64,000 nt of DNA from Candidatus Doudnabacteria bacterium (GTDB lineage Bacteria > Patescibacteriota > Doudnabacteria > UBA920). The notes below the pieces were generated by a model. The model was given only the letters and a program-made list of their open reading frames with translations, was not told the DNA's origin and did no database searches. Shown one piece after another: positions 1-10,820 of the stretch (positions within the stretch are counted from its first letter, which is position 1; every line of letters begins with the position of its first letter). Both the position numbers and the translations under genes were made by a program. The stretch spans positions 6,954 to 70,953 of the forward strand of contig CAWBGV010000030.1 of the NCBI GenBank assembly GCA_963788395.1. Reading direction: 5' to 3'.

Positions 1-2
1 AA

Positions 3-1217
3 GATACTTTAAGCACCTCCCGGCCGAGCGTTAGTACCACCTTACCTTCCGGAGCAGGCAGCGGCGCGACTACTATTACTACCGCCACCAACGGTACCAA
101 TGGCATGGAACCGGGCGATACCGTGACCTTTTGTACTTCGGCAATCTCCTGTGCCACGACCGAAACAAAAGTCATATCCACCATTCCCAACGGCACAACC
201 CTAACCCTAACCGTCGGTCTTACCAACTCCTACTCAGCCAATGCCGGATTATTCTATAAATCTACCCCTACCCATACGCTCTCTTTCACGACCCATTCGA
301 CCGTAGCGGCGGGCAGCTTTTTAATCAGCTTTCCTAATGCCTCGAGTTCGCCCAACGACGGCTTACCCGACGCTGGTGGATTTGATTTTAACGGTTTTAC
401 TTTATCTACCACTACCAATGTTCAAACCATCGGCTTTACGGCTGGAACAGTTAGCACCAGCAGTGGCTCGAGTTTAATTAATATTTTTGTTCCTTTTACT
501 TCCTCGATTGCTTCTAATACCGCAATTACGATTACTCTGGGAGCGGCAGCGCCGCTGCTTAGTCCACTCAAAACCGCCACCGCCGGTACCGCCGATGTCT
601 GGAACGTCAGTATTGCTGAACAAGATACCGTCCCGAACGTGATTGATAACGCCGCGGTAGCTATAGCCACGATTGAAGCGGCGATTGTAACCGCCACCGT
701 TAATCCTTCCTTAACTTTTAGCATCGCCGGAATCGCGACTGCCCAACCAGCTTTCTCTTCCACGACGACCAGCGTAACCACTACCAGTATCACCGTCCCG
801 TTTGGAAGCCTAATCCCCGCATTTCACTATTACGCCGCCCAACTCCTGACTGTGGGAACCAGCGCTTCTACCGGCTATACGGTAACCGCTACCCAGGACG
901 GCAATTTACGTAAAACCAACGGGACGACGATTCCGAGTTTTAACACCACCGCGGCCGATAACATCGCAACTAACGGCTTTGGCTTCACTCCGGTTTCAGT
1001 AGCCGGCTCTCCGACCTTACCGTTTACCTACAACACTTCCGGTGGTTTGTTCTACTCCAGTGGCTTTAGCACTTCCACCCCCACTACCATATTTTCCAAC
1101 ACTGGCCCTACCGGCAGCGATCAAGTTCGTGTTGTTTATGGCTTAATGGTAGCCAGCAGCCAAGCTCCGGGCAACTATCAAAATTTAATAACTTACGTGG
1201 CCACGGCAATATTTTAG
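3..1217 (+). CDS. Thr/Ser-rich secreted surface protein, paralog A (5' end lies outside the window)
   Basis: The frame is open from the window edge. The translation from nt 3 (DTLSTSRPSV...) is colinear with residues ~50-452 of the downstream paralog at 1323-2681. No catalytic motif recognised. Confidence 0.75.
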   Translation, partial: DTLSTSRPSVSTTLPSGAGSGATTITTATNGTNGMEPGDTVTFCTSAISCATTETKVISTIPNGTTLTLTVGLTNSYSANAGLFYKSTPTHTLSFTTHSTVAAGSFLISFPNASSSPNDGLPDAGGFDFNGFTLSTTTNVQTIGFTAGTVSTSSGSSLINIFVPFTSSIASNTAITITLGAAAPLLSPLKTATAGTADVWNVSIAEQDTVPNVIDNAAVAIATIEAAIVTATVNPSLTFSIAGIATAQPAFSSTTTSVTTTSITVPFGSLIPAFHYYAAQLLTVGTSASTGYTVTATQDGNLRKTNGTTIPSFNTTAADNIATNGFGFTPVSVAGSPTLPFTYNTSGGLFYSSGFSTSTPTTIFSNTGPTGSDQVRVVYGLMVASSQAPGNYQNLITYVATAIF

Positions 1218-1243
1218 GTATATAAGAGTGTGGATAACAAAAT

Positions 1244-1272
1244 TTGCTAAAAAATAAGTTTTTCATTATAAT
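1244..1272 (+). promoter_or_regulatory. Sigma70-type promoter for paralog B
   Basis: TTGCTA (1244-1249), 17-nt spacer, TATAAT (1267-1272), about 50 nt upstream of the ATG at 1323. Confidence 0.55.
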
Positions 1273-1322
1273 CATTAGAGAACTTAGATTCCTGCTTGCA
1301 GAGATAAAAACTAAATCCCAAT

Positions 1323-2681
1323 ATGTCATACGATTTTTTGAAGATGTTCTCACGACAACGAACAGGCTTAACTAAAGGTGTAATTTTTTTATTGATGTTA
1401 GTTTTGGTTTTTACTTGTTTCCAAGGAACCGAAACCGCCCAAGCCGCCGGATCTTTAGTCAGCGTTAAAGATACTTTGAGTACCTCCCGCCCCAGCGTCG
1501 GCACCACCTTACCTTCCGGAGCAGGCATTGGCGCTACCACCATTACCACCGCGACTAACGGTACTAACGGCATTCAGCCGGGTGATACCGTGACCTTTTG
1601 TACTTCGGCCGTTTCCTGTGCCACCACCGAAACCAAAGTAGTTTCCACAGTACCTAACAGCACCACATTAACGCTAACAGTCGGTCTTACCAACTCCTAC
1701 TCGGCCAACGCCGGATTGTTCTACAAATCTACCCCGGTTCACACCCTATCATTTACCACCCACTCTACCGTAGCTGCCGGCAGTTTCTTAATCAGTTTCC
1801 CTAACGCCTCCACCTCACCCAACGATGGTATTCCTGATAGCGGCGGCTTTGATTTTAATGGCTTTACTTTATCCACCACTACTAACGTAGTAGCTACCGG
1901 TTTTACAGAAGGCGTAGTCAGTACCAGCAGCGGATCGAGCTTGATTAACATTCTTATTCCCTTTACTTCTTCGATTGCTTCCAACACAGCTATTACTATC
2001 ACATTAGGGTCTGTGGCTCCCCTCCTTAGTCCAACCAAAACCGCCGCCGCCGGTACCGCTGATGTCTGGAACGTCAGTATTGCTGAACAAGATACCGTCC
2101 CCAACGTGATTGATAATGCCACCGTAGCCATAGCCACGATTGAAGCAGTCCAAGTTACAGCTACGGTTAATCCTTCCTTAACCTTTACCATAGCCGGCAT
2201 TAACAGCGGCCAGACAGCTTTCTCTTCCACCACGACCAGCGTAACCACGACCAGCGTAACTGTACCGTTTGGTAGCTTAGTAGCGGCAACTCACTATTAT
2301 GCCGCCCAGCTCCTGACTGTGGGGACTAATGCGGCTTCGGGGTATACTGTCACCGGGTACCAAGACGGTAATTTAAGAAAGACCAACGGAACATCCATTC
2401 CCAGCTTTAGTACTACCCCGGTAGATAACATCGGGACTAATGGTTTTGGCTTTACTCCGGTCTCAGTAGCCGGTTCCCCCACTTTACCCTTTACTTACAA
2501 CACTTCCGGTTTGTTCTACTCCAGCGGTTTTGGGACTTCCACTCCTTCTACCATCTTCTCCAACTCCGGACCGGCCAGTGGTGACCAGGTTAGAGTGGTC
2601 TATGGCCTGGACGTGGCCAGCAACCAGGCTCCGGGCAACTACCAGAACTTGGTGACCTATGTGGCTACGGCGACGTTTTAA
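1323..2681 (+). CDS. Thr/Ser-rich secreted surface protein, paralog B (signal peptide present)
   Basis: 452-aa ORF. The N-terminus is a signal peptide: a hydrophobic helix (GVIFLLMLVLVFTCF) followed by AQAAG. The rest is highly similar to ORF 3-1217, making a tandem duplication. A terminator follows. Confidence 0.8.
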   Translation: MSYDFLKMFSRQRTGLTKGVIFLLMLVLVFTCFQGTETAQAAGSLVSVKDTLSTSRPSVGTTLPSGAGIGATTITTATNGTNGIQPGDTVTFCTSAVSCATTETKVVSTVPNSTTLTLTVGLTNSYSANAGLFYKSTPVHTLSFTTHSTVAAGSFLISFPNASTSPNDGIPDSGGFDFNGFTLSTTTNVVATGFTEGVVSTSSGSSLINILIPFTSSIASNTAITITLGSVAPLLSPTKTAAAGTADVWNVSIAEQDTVPNVIDNATVAIATIEAVQVTATVNPSLTFTIAGINSGQTAFSSTTTSVTTTSVTVPFGSLVAATHYYAAQLLTVGTNAASGYTVTGYQDGNLRKTNGTSIPSFSTTPVDNIGTNGFGFTPVSVAGSPTLPFTYNTSGLFYSSGFGTSTPSTIFSNSGPASGDQVRVVYGLDVASNQAPGNYQNLVTYVATATF

Positions 2682-2696
2682 ACCAACTCAGTTATA

Positions 2697-2727
2697 AACC
2701 GCTCCTCTTAAAGGAGCGGTTTTCATT
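2697..2727 (+). terminator. Intrinsic terminator of the paralog pair
   Basis: 10-bp stem AACCGCTCCT/AGGAGCGGTT followed by TTTT, 16 nt after the stop codon. Confidence 0.75.
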
Positions 2728-2832
2728 TACCCCCAACAACAAGAAACCAAGGATCCAAAAATCCAAATCTTCCAAACCCCAACCCTGATCCACAACACCC
2801 TAAAAATCGCGGCAATGAAAATATTTTCCATT

Positions 2833-2875
2833 CAATAAAAAACAAAAGCCGCCCTTTATTGAAGGCGGCCTTTTC
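2833..2875 (-). terminator. Intrinsic terminator of rpoC
   Basis: GC stem GGCCGCC/GGCGGC. On the minus strand it is followed by TTTTGTTTTTT, about 55 nt after the rpoC stop. Confidence 0.7.
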
Positions 2876-2928
2876 TATCCTACCTAACTACCTGCCTTGC
2901 CGGTGACCAGGTCACTTCTCACTACCTA

Positions 2929-5900
2929 CTATTCCGTTACATCCACCACTGCCGCGGCTGCAGCTGGTTCGGTGACTTTTAAGCTTTCGTTGGCGGCGTC
3001 CTGGTTAAAGCCAGTGCCGGCAGGAATGAGTTTACCGATAATAACGTTTTCTTTCAATCCGCGCAGATAGTCAGTTTTGCCGGTAACCGCAGCTTCAATC
3101 AAAACGCGGGTGGTTTCCTGGAAGCTGGCAGCGGCCAGGAAGCTTTCGGTGTTCAAAGAGACTTTGGTAATACCCATGAGCAGCTGCTCGGCTTTGGCTG
3201 GGCGCTGGCCTTGGTTAGCCAGTTGTTCGTTCATAAAATTGAACTTGGATTTATCGACAATCTCGCCGACTACAAACTGGCTGTCGCCGGAATCAGCAAT
3301 CCGCATTTTTGAAAACATCTGGCGCACAATTACCTCAATGTGCTTATCGTGGATATTTTGTCCTTGCGACACATAAATATCCTGCACTTCTTTGGTGATA
3401 TATTTTTGCGCGGCCTCTAAGCCCCGCAATTCCATAATCTGAGCCGGATTGAGGTTGCCTTCGGTCAGCTGCTGACCTTTGACAATCAAGTCGCCTTCTT
3501 TGACCAACAGCGAAAATGAAGCCGGAATCACATATTCTTTCACATCGTCACTCTCATGAACCACTACGACTTTACCTTTTTCAATCCGTACCAAGCCGGT
3601 ATTTTTGGCTTTAACCGTCTTACCGCTTTCGTCGACAAACAAGGTTTCGCCCGAGGCTACTTTAATTCCGTCTTTAATGGCCGAATGCGCGTTTCCCAGT
3701 TCGTAAGAATCAGATTCCACGTCCGCGCCCTGAACGCTGACCACATATTCTTTATTGTTCGGTTTAGCAATGTGGACCTGGCCGTCGATTTCCGCCACGG
3801 TAGCCTGTCCTTTTGGCTCGCGAGCCTCAAACAATTCTTCCACCCGCGGCAATCCTTGAGTAATATCTTTAACCGAAGCCGATCCACCGGTATGGAATGT
3901 CCGCATGGTCAGCTGGGTTCCCGGTTCACCAATGGCCTGGGCGGCCACAATTCCCACCGCGGCGCCAAACTCCACCATGTTGTTAAACCCTAAATCGTAT
4001 CCATAACACAACCGGCAAATACCGCGGGTCAGTTTGCATTTGAGCACGCTCCGGCATTTTACTTCCGTAAAACCCGCGTCAACAATTTCTTTGGCCTGCT
4101 GGTCGTCTATCCCCTGATTTTTTTCAACAATAATCTTGCCGGATGCATCTTTTAACTGTTCAGCGGCTACGCGGCCGAACAAACGCCGGTCAAACGGTTT
4201 GCCCATGCGTTCACTTTCAGCCAGAGTAATTACATCATATTCCTCGGTACCGCAATCTTCGGCGTTAACCACAATATCTTGAGCGACATCCACCAACCGG
4301 CGGGTCAAATAACCGGCATCGGCGGTCCTTAACGCGGTATCGGACATACCTTTCCGCGAACCGTGAGTGGAAATAAAGTATTCCAAAACCTGCAGTCCTT
4401 CTTTAAAAGAACCTTTAACAGGTAATTCAATAACATCGCCCGAAGGGTTAACCACCAAGCCTTTCATGCCGGACATCTGGTTAATCTGGGACATGCTGCC
4501 GCGGCCACCGCTGGTAAAAATATAGTTCACCGAGCTGTGATCTTCCACGGTACCGGCCACATCTTTGGCCAAACGTTCGGAAACACCCGCCCAGATTTCT
4601 ACTACGCGATTTTTGCGCTCTTCTTCGGTCAGCAAACCTTCGTGGAATTGCTCGTACGCCGTTTCTACTTCGTGGTCGGCAATTTTGAATAAACCATACT
4701 TAGTATCCGGTACGCGCAAATCATCCATCCCCCAAGAGATGCCGGATTTCTTCATGTAGGTAAAACCGGTGCGTTTGATTTCATCGATCAATTCCGCGGT
4801 ACGGTCATTGCCAAACAGGCGGTGAGCTTCGCGCACCAAAGCTTGTAATTTTTTCTTGTCAAAATGTTCATTGCGAAAACCCAGTTCCGGCGGCACCACT
4901 TTATTAAAAATCAGCCGGCCAACCGAGGTTTCCACCAGTTCGCTGTTGCCGTCCAGTCTGACTTTAATTTTAGCCTGGATGTTCACATAGCCATTATTGT
5001 AAGCCATAATAGCTTCGGAAGGAGCGGAAAAAACTTTACCTTCGCCCTTTAAGCCATCGCGGAGTTTGGTAATGTAGTAACATCCCACCACAACGTCTTT
5101 ATCCGGCGTCATAACCGGGTCGCCGGATGCCGGCTTGAGCAAGTTATGGGCGGAAACCATAATCTCCCGGGCTTCGCGCTGCGCCGCTTCAGTCAGCGGG
5201 ACGTGCACAGCCATTTGGTCACCGTCAAAGTCGGCGTTAAAAGCCGCACAGACCATGGGGTGCAATTGAATGGCTTTTCCTTCTATTAATACTGGTTGGA
5301 AAGCTTGGAAACCCAAACGGTGAAGGGTTGGAGCGCGGTTTAACAAAACGTAGTGATCTTTCGTGACTTCTTCCAAGATATCATAGACTTCGGTCCTGCC
5401 CTGTTCAATCAAACGATTAGCGGAACGAACGTTATGAGCGTATTCCCGACCGATAAGTTTAGAAATGACGAACGGTTTGAATAATTCCAAAGCCATCATT
5501 TTGGGCAAACCGCACTGATGCAAACGCAAGTGCGGACCAACAACAATGACGCTGCGGCCGCTGTAGTCAACGCGTTTTCCCAGCAAGTTCTGGCGGAAGC
5601 GTCCCTGCTTGCCTTTTAACATGTCGGCTAAAGAACGCAATTTGCGCTTTTGTCCGGTCGAGGCCGTAACTTCTTTTCCGTGGCGAATTGAATTATCGAT
5701 AAGCGCGTCAACAGCTTCCTGGAGCATGCGCTTTTCGTTTCTGGTAATAACTTCCGGGGCTTTAATTTCCAGCAGTTTGCGCAAGCGGTTGTTGCGGTTG
5801 ATTACGCGGCGATACAGATCATTCAAGTCAGACGCGGCAAAACGGCCGCCGTCCAGCTGGACCATAGGACGCAAGTCCGGCGGAATCACCGGCAGGTTAC

Positions 5901-6831
5901 CGATCAACATCCATTCCGGGCGGAGTCCGGAATTAATAAGCGACCTGACTAATTTTAAGCGTTTTAAAACCTTGCGCTCGGCTTGGCCTTCTAATTCCGG
6001 CAATTGCTGCTGCAAATCCGCGGCCAGCTGTTCCAAATTAACTTCTTCCAATAAACCTTTTAAAGCTTCGGCGCCGATGCCGGCGTTGAATACCGGACCG
6101 TACTTTAAGCTCAAGTCGCGGTACTGTAATTCGGAAATAACCTGCATCTTCTTAATTGATTTCAGCTCGCTTCTGGCCTGGTCGCGAATATCTTCCAAAC
6201 CATCCAGCTCTTTACTCCAGGCATCTTTTAAACGGGTAACTTCGGCGTCGATTTCAGCCTGAACCAAATCGGGATCTTTTTGTCCGGCGCCTTGCTGAAT
6301 CTGCGAGCGGGTCTTGCCAATCAAGGTCTCGTATTTATCTTCAATAACTTTCTTCTTGGCTTTAAATTCTTTCTCAATCTGGTCCAAGGTCGAAAGACGG
6401 GCCTCTTCGTCAACTTGGGTAATAATGTAGGCGGCAAAATAAACCACTTTTTCCAATTCCTGCACGCCCAAATCTAAAATTAAACCCAAGCGGGAAGGGA
6501 CGCCGCGCAAAAACCAAATGTGGGCCACCGGCACGCTTAACTTAATGTGCCCCATGCGCTCGCGCCGCACCGAGGACTTGGTGACTTCCACGCCGCACTT
6601 ATCGCAAACAATTCCTTTATAGCGAATGCGCTTGTATTTGCCGCAGTAGCATTCCCAGTCTTTAATCGGTCCAAAAATTTTCTCGTCGAACAAGCCGTCC
6701 TTTTCCGGACGCTGGGTGCGGTAGTTAATGGTTTCCGGCTTGGTAACTTCTCCGTGCGACCATTGTAAAATAGTATCGGGAGAAGCCAAACGCAAGCGGA
6801 CACCTTTGAATTCTTCGGTTTGGGTTAACAT
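2929..6831 (-). CDS. rpoC: DNA-directed RNA polymerase subunit beta'
   Basis: 1300-aa ORF with the catalytic NADFDGDQM motif and an N-terminal zinc-binding CxC...CxxC. Sits directly downstream of rpoB. Confidence 0.98.
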   Translation of the reverse strand: MLTQTEEFKGVRLRLASPDTILQWSHGEVTKPETINYRTQRPEKDGLFDEKIFGPIKDWECYCGKYKRIRYKGIVCDKCGVEVTKSSVRRERMGHIKLSVPVAHIWFLRGVPSRLGLILDLGVQELEKVVYFAAYIITQVDEEARLSTLDQIEKEFKAKKKVIEDKYETLIGKTRSQIQQGAGQKDPDLVQAEIDAEVTRLKDAWSKELDGLEDIRDQARSELKSIKKMQVISELQYRDLSLKYGPVFNAGIGAEALKGLLEEVNLEQLAADLQQQLPELEGQAERKVLKRLKLVRSLINSGLRPEWMLIGNLPVIPPDLRPMVQLDGGRFAASDLNDLYRRVINRNNRLRKLLEIKAPEVITRNEKRMLQEAVDALIDNSIRHGKEVTASTGQKRKLRSLADMLKGKQGRFRQNLLGKRVDYSGRSVIVVGPHLRLHQCGLPKMMALELFKPFVISKLIGREYAHNVRSANRLIEQGRTEVYDILEEVTKDHYVLLNRAPTLHRLGFQAFQPVLIEGKAIQLHPMVCAAFNADFDGDQMAVHVPLTEAAQREAREIMVSAHNLLKPASGDPVMTPDKDVVVGCYYITKLRDGLKGEGKVFSAPSEAIMAYNNGYVNIQAKIKVRLDGNSELVETSVGRLIFNKVVPPELGFRNEHFDKKKLQALVREAHRLFGNDRTAELIDEIKRTGFTYMKKSGISWGMDDLRVPDTKYGLFKIADHEVETAYEQFHEGLLTEEERKNRVVEIWAGVSERLAKDVAGTVEDHSSVNYIFTSGGRGSMSQINQMSGMKGLVVNPSGDVIELPVKGSFKEGLQVLEYFISTHGSRKGMSDTALRTADAGYLTRRLVDVAQDIVVNAEDCGTEEYDVITLAESERMGKPFDRRLFGRVAAEQLKDASGKIIVEKNQGIDDQQAKEIVDAGFTEVKCRSVLKCKLTRGICRLCYGYDLGFNNMVEFGAAVGIVAAQAIGEPGTQLTMRTFHTGGSASVKDITQGLPRVEELFEAREPKGQATVAEIDGQVHIAKPNNKEYVVSVQGADVESDSYELGNAHSAIKDGIKVASGETLFVDESGKTVKAKNTGLVRIEKGKVVVVHESDDVKEYVIPASFSLLVKEGDLIVKGQQLTEGNLNPAQIMELRGLEAAQKYITKEVQDIYVSQGQNIHDKHIEVIVRQMFSKMRIADSGDSQFVVGEIVDKSKFNFMNEQLANQGQRPAKAEQLLMGITKVSLNTESFLAAASFQETTRVLIEAAVTGKTDYLRGLKENVIIGKLIPAGTGFNQDAANESLKVTEPAAAAAVVDVTE

Positions 6832-6877
6832 AGTATAGTGGTTAGAAATTAGTAGTTAGAAAACAGATTTCTCTTTT

Positions 6878-9800
6878 CTACTTAACAGCTTTCTTCTCCC
6901 GCTTTCGTTTCTTTTCCTTGGCTGACGGTTCATCCGCGAACAGTGAAGCTTCTGCCGCTACTGCTACTGCGGCTTGCTGGGCTTCGGAAGGGGTAATGAT
7001 TTCGCTTTCTTCCGCAGCGGACGAAACTTGTCCATCAGAACCTAACAGTTCAACGTCCAGACACAAGCTTTGCAATTCTTTAACCAACACCCGGAAGCTT
7101 TCCGGCACGTTTGGCTTTTTAATCGGTTCGCCTTTGACAATCGCTTCGTAGGTTTTGCTGCGGCCGACTACATCGTCGGATTTAATCGTCAGCATTTCCT
7201 GCAAGGTGTGAGCGGCGCCGTAGCCTTCCAAGGCCCAGACTTCCATTTCTCCAAACCGCTGCCCGCCGAACTGAGCTTTTCCGCCCAGCGGCTGCTGAGT
7301 AATTAAGGAGTACGGTCCGGTGGAACGCGCGTGCATCTTATCATCCACCAAGTGATGAAGCTTGAGCATGTAGGCTACACCCACGGTAACTTTTTCATCA
7401 AAGCGCTCGCCGGTCTTACCGTCAAACAAATACACTTTACCATCGGTCGGAATGCCGGATTTCTCCAACTCGCTCTTAATTTGAGATTCAGTAATTCCGT
7501 CCAGCACCGGAGTAGCTACTTTGTAGCCCAGCCGGAGCGCGGCCATACCCATGTGGGTTTCTAAAATCTGACCCAGGTTCATACGGGAAACCACGCCTAA
7601 AGGATTTAAGATTAAATCCACGGGCGTGCCATCGTCCATAAACGGTAAATCTTCCACCGGAATAATTTTGGAGATAACCCCTTTGTTCCCATGGCGTCCG
7701 GCCATCTTGTCGCCAACCTGGATTTTGCGGAGCACAGCTACCGAAACTTGGATCGAGCGGATTACGCCGCTGGGCAATTTGTCCCCGGCCTGGCGGGAAA
7801 ACTCGCGGATGTTAACTACCTTGCCATATTCGCCGTGAGGTAAAGTTAAGGAGGTGTCTTTTACATCCCGCGACTTTTCACCAAAAATAACGCGCAGCAA
7901 CTTTTCTTCCGCGGTCAGGTCGGTCTCGCCTTTCGGAGTAATCTTACCAACTAAAATATCACCAGCTTTAACTTGAGCGCCAACCCGGATGACGCCGGTT
8001 TCGTCGAGATCTTTAAGTTTTTCCTCGCCGACATTCGGGATATCGCGAGTGACCTGTTCGGGGCCGAGCTTAGTATCACGGACATCGATTTTAAAATCAT
8101 CAATATGAATGGACGAGAAGCGGTCCTGCTGGACCATGCGTTCGGAAACTAAAATCGCGTCTTCGTAGTTACCGCCTTCCCAAGACATAAAAGCTACGAC
8201 TACGTTTTGGCCCAGGGCCAGTTCACCGTGTTCGGTAGAGGCGCCGTCGGCCAGGTAATCCCCTTTCTTAACATGCTGTCCCTTGTGGACGCGGGGAATC
8301 TGGTTAATCGCGGTAGCGCTGTTGGTACGCAAAAACTTGAGCAAGCCGTATTCTTTTTTCTTGCCTTTATCGTTTACTACAACAATTTTATCACCGGTAG
8401 AAGAAGTGACTTCACCGTCTTCTTCGGCCAAAATAACCTGGCCGCTGTCGCGGGCGGCTTTAGATTCCATGCCGGTACCCACCAACGGAGCGGCGGGGCG
8501 GATGCACGAAACCGCCTGGCGTTGCATGTTGCTGCCCATCAAAGCGCGGTTAGCGTCGTCGTGTTCCAAAAACGGAATCAAAGAAGTAGTCACAGAAATA
8601 ATCTGCTTGGGAGACACATCAAGACAATCAATATCATCGGTCGAAGCAATCGTCGGCGATGAATGAACCCGCACGCTGGCACGGGCGTCTAAAAAGTAAC
8701 CATCGGCGTCGTTGTTGCTGTTGGACTGGCCAATCGTCAGCTGTTCTTCTTCGAACGCGTCCATATATTTAATCTCGTTGGTCATGCGGGGCTTGATCCG
8801 GAATTCTAAAATGGTATCAAGTTTAGCGGCGGCTTTGGCCTGTTCGGCGGTGGCTTTTTGCCCGGCGGCAACAATAATTTTGCCGTCGGCGTCTTTAATA
8901 TCAAAGAAAGAAATTTCATCGGCTAAATCTTTACCGTCATTCTTGGCGTACTTTTTCACCATGCGGTAAGGAGTTTCGATAAAACCAAAATCGTTGACCC
9001 GGGCATAGGTGGCCAAGTGAGCTACCAAACCAATATTTGGTCCTTCGGGAGTGGTAATCGGACACAAGCGGCCATAGTGGCTGCGGTGGACATCGCGGAC
9101 TTCGAAGCCGGCGCGCTCGCGGCTTAAACCGCCGGGGCCCATGGCTGAAAGCCGGCGCTTGTGTTCCAATTCGGCCAGCGGGTTAGTTTGGTCCATAAAT
9201 TGGGACAACTGGGAAGAAGAAAAAAACTCTTGCATGGTGGCCACAATCGGACGCACGTGAATCAGCTGGGCCGGCGTGACGGTCTCCAGGTCGGCCAGCG
9301 ACATGCGGTCTTTGGCAATTCTGGCCATACGAGCCAAACCTACTCGAAAACGGGCCTGGATTAATTCACCCACGGCGCGGACCCGGCGGTTCGCCAAATG
9401 GTCAATATCATCCGGTAATTCCTGGGTGTTGTTCAGGCGGATAATTTCTTTAACCACCATGACTAAATCTTCTTTGGAAAGCAAAGCACGGTTGTTATCT
9501 GCAACATGCAAGCGCTGATTGAACTTGTAGCGGCCCACCGGAGAAAGATCATACCGTTCTTCGTGAAAAAACATGCCGCTAATTAACGACTTGGCGTTAT
9601 CTACGGTAGCTAAGTCGCCGGGACGGATTCTCTTATAGACTTCTTTATAACCTTCGTCGGCCGAGGTCGATGCATCTTTTTCCAAAGTGTTCTGAATGTA
9701 CTTGGTGTCCGGATCGGTATCTACGTCGCGGAAGGTTTCTAAAATTTCTTCGTTGCTGGTTAAACCAAACACGCGGAGCAAAGCGGTAATGGGAATTCTG

Positions 9801-10390
9801 CGCTTGCGGTCAATCTTGACGCCAATAACGCCGGCAGCGTCGGTATCGAGCTCCAGCCAGGCGCCGCGGTTAGGAATAATTTTAGCGCCGTAAAAATTCT
9901 TGCCGCGCTGAAACTCAGCGGTAAAAAATACGCCGGGAGATTTAATCAGCTGATTGACCACCACGCGCTCTACGCCGTTGATAATAAAAGTGCCGCGCGG
10001 GGTCATAAGCGGAAAATCGCCAAAATACACGTCCTGAGTTTTGGTTTTACCCGTAACTTTGTTGGCCAGTTTGGCGCTGACGTACAGCGGAGCTTCGTAG
10101 GTCGAATTCTTTTCGCGCGAACCGATTTCGTCGTACTTGGGTTTATCAAAAAAATAGTCGCCAAAAAACAATTCCAGGTTTTTCCCGGTAAAGTCGCGAA
10201 TAGGGTTAACTTCGCCCAGCAGTTCCTTCAGTCCTTTTTCTACGAACCAGCGGTAGGAGTTAAGCTGGACTTCTATTAAATTAGGCAGCGGCGCTACGTC
10301 TTGGTTGTGATCGGTAAAAAACTTGCGGGGAGCGGCGGTATCAGCCACGTAAAGTGCTGTGTTTTCTGATGTTTTAGCTGTCTTGGGCAT
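6878..10390 (-). CDS. rpoB: DNA-directed RNA polymerase subunit beta
   Basis: 1170-aa ORF with conserved beta-subunit blocks (GDKMAGRHGNKGVISKI, FGEMEVWALE). Confidence 0.98.
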   Translation of the reverse strand: MPKTAKTSENTALYVADTAAPRKFFTDHNQDVAPLPNLIEVQLNSYRWFVEKGLKELLGEVNPIRDFTGKNLELFFGDYFFDKPKYDEIGSREKNSTYEAPLYVSAKLANKVTGKTKTQDVYFGDFPLMTPRGTFIINGVERVVVNQLIKSPGVFFTAEFQRGKNFYGAKIIPNRGAWLELDTDAAGVIGVKIDRKRRIPITALLRVFGLTSNEEILETFRDVDTDPDTKYIQNTLEKDASTSADEGYKEVYKRIRPGDLATVDNAKSLISGMFFHEERYDLSPVGRYKFNQRLHVADNNRALLSKEDLVMVVKEIIRLNNTQELPDDIDHLANRRVRAVGELIQARFRVGLARMARIAKDRMSLADLETVTPAQLIHVRPIVATMQEFFSSSQLSQFMDQTNPLAELEHKRRLSAMGPGGLSRERAGFEVRDVHRSHYGRLCPITTPEGPNIGLVAHLATYARVNDFGFIETPYRMVKKYAKNDGKDLADEISFFDIKDADGKIIVAAGQKATAEQAKAAAKLDTILEFRIKPRMTNEIKYMDAFEEEQLTIGQSNSNNDADGYFLDARASVRVHSSPTIASTDDIDCLDVSPKQIISVTTSLIPFLEHDDANRALMGSNMQRQAVSCIRPAAPLVGTGMESKAARDSGQVILAEEDGEVTSSTGDKIVVVNDKGKKKEYGLLKFLRTNSATAINQIPRVHKGQHVKKGDYLADGASTEHGELALGQNVVVAFMSWEGGNYEDAILVSERMVQQDRFSSIHIDDFKIDVRDTKLGPEQVTRDIPNVGEEKLKDLDETGVIRVGAQVKAGDILVGKITPKGETDLTAEEKLLRVIFGEKSRDVKDTSLTLPHGEYGKVVNIREFSRQAGDKLPSGVIRSIQVSVAVLRKIQVGDKMAGRHGNKGVISKIIPVEDLPFMDDGTPVDLILNPLGVVSRMNLGQILETHMGMAALRLGYKVATPVLDGITESQIKSELEKSGIPTDGKVYLFDGKTGERFDEKVTVGVAYMLKLHHLVDDKMHARSTGPYSLITQQPLGGKAQFGGQRFGEMEVWALEGYGAAHTLQEMLTIKSDDVVGRSKTYEAIVKGEPIKKPNVPESFRVLVKELQSLCLDVELLGSDGQVSSAAEESEIITPSEAQQAAVAVAAEASLFADEPSAKEKKRKREKKAVK

Positions 10391-10820
10391 GGATTAGTTT
10401 CCTTTTAATGATAAACTTAAGTTTATATAAAAAAATTAACTAAAGATAAATTTTTCAGCCGTAACAGAGACACAAAAACATATCCTTTTCTGCATACGCA
10501 AAAAAGGCGTTTTTGTTTTCTAGATTTTCTTATGCGATTTTGCCAACTGACATGTTGAACGTCAAGCTTAGTATTATTCGCTTGGTACCGTTACGCCAAA
10601 TGCGGGTCCGGCACACACACTTTTATCCCCAATTCGTGTGCAATGTGTATAACTATATTAACCATAGGAAAACACCTTGTCAAGCCCAAAAGGGTTAAAA
10701 CTATATTTATTAGACAATATTTTTACCTATTGTGTCAAATATATACTACATTCCCCATTTTTTAAGCCAGAAAATATCTTAGACAAAATAAATATTTTCT
10801 ATGATATACTTTAAATACTT

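Noticed and set aside
3077-10390. Many 60-220-aa ORFs antisense to, or out of frame within, rpoC and rpoB (for example 5609-6262 and 8207-8662). The same pattern occurs inside other long genes.
   Set aside because: They lie fully inside strongly supported conserved genes, have biased low-complexity composition typical of antisense frames, and have no start-site signals.
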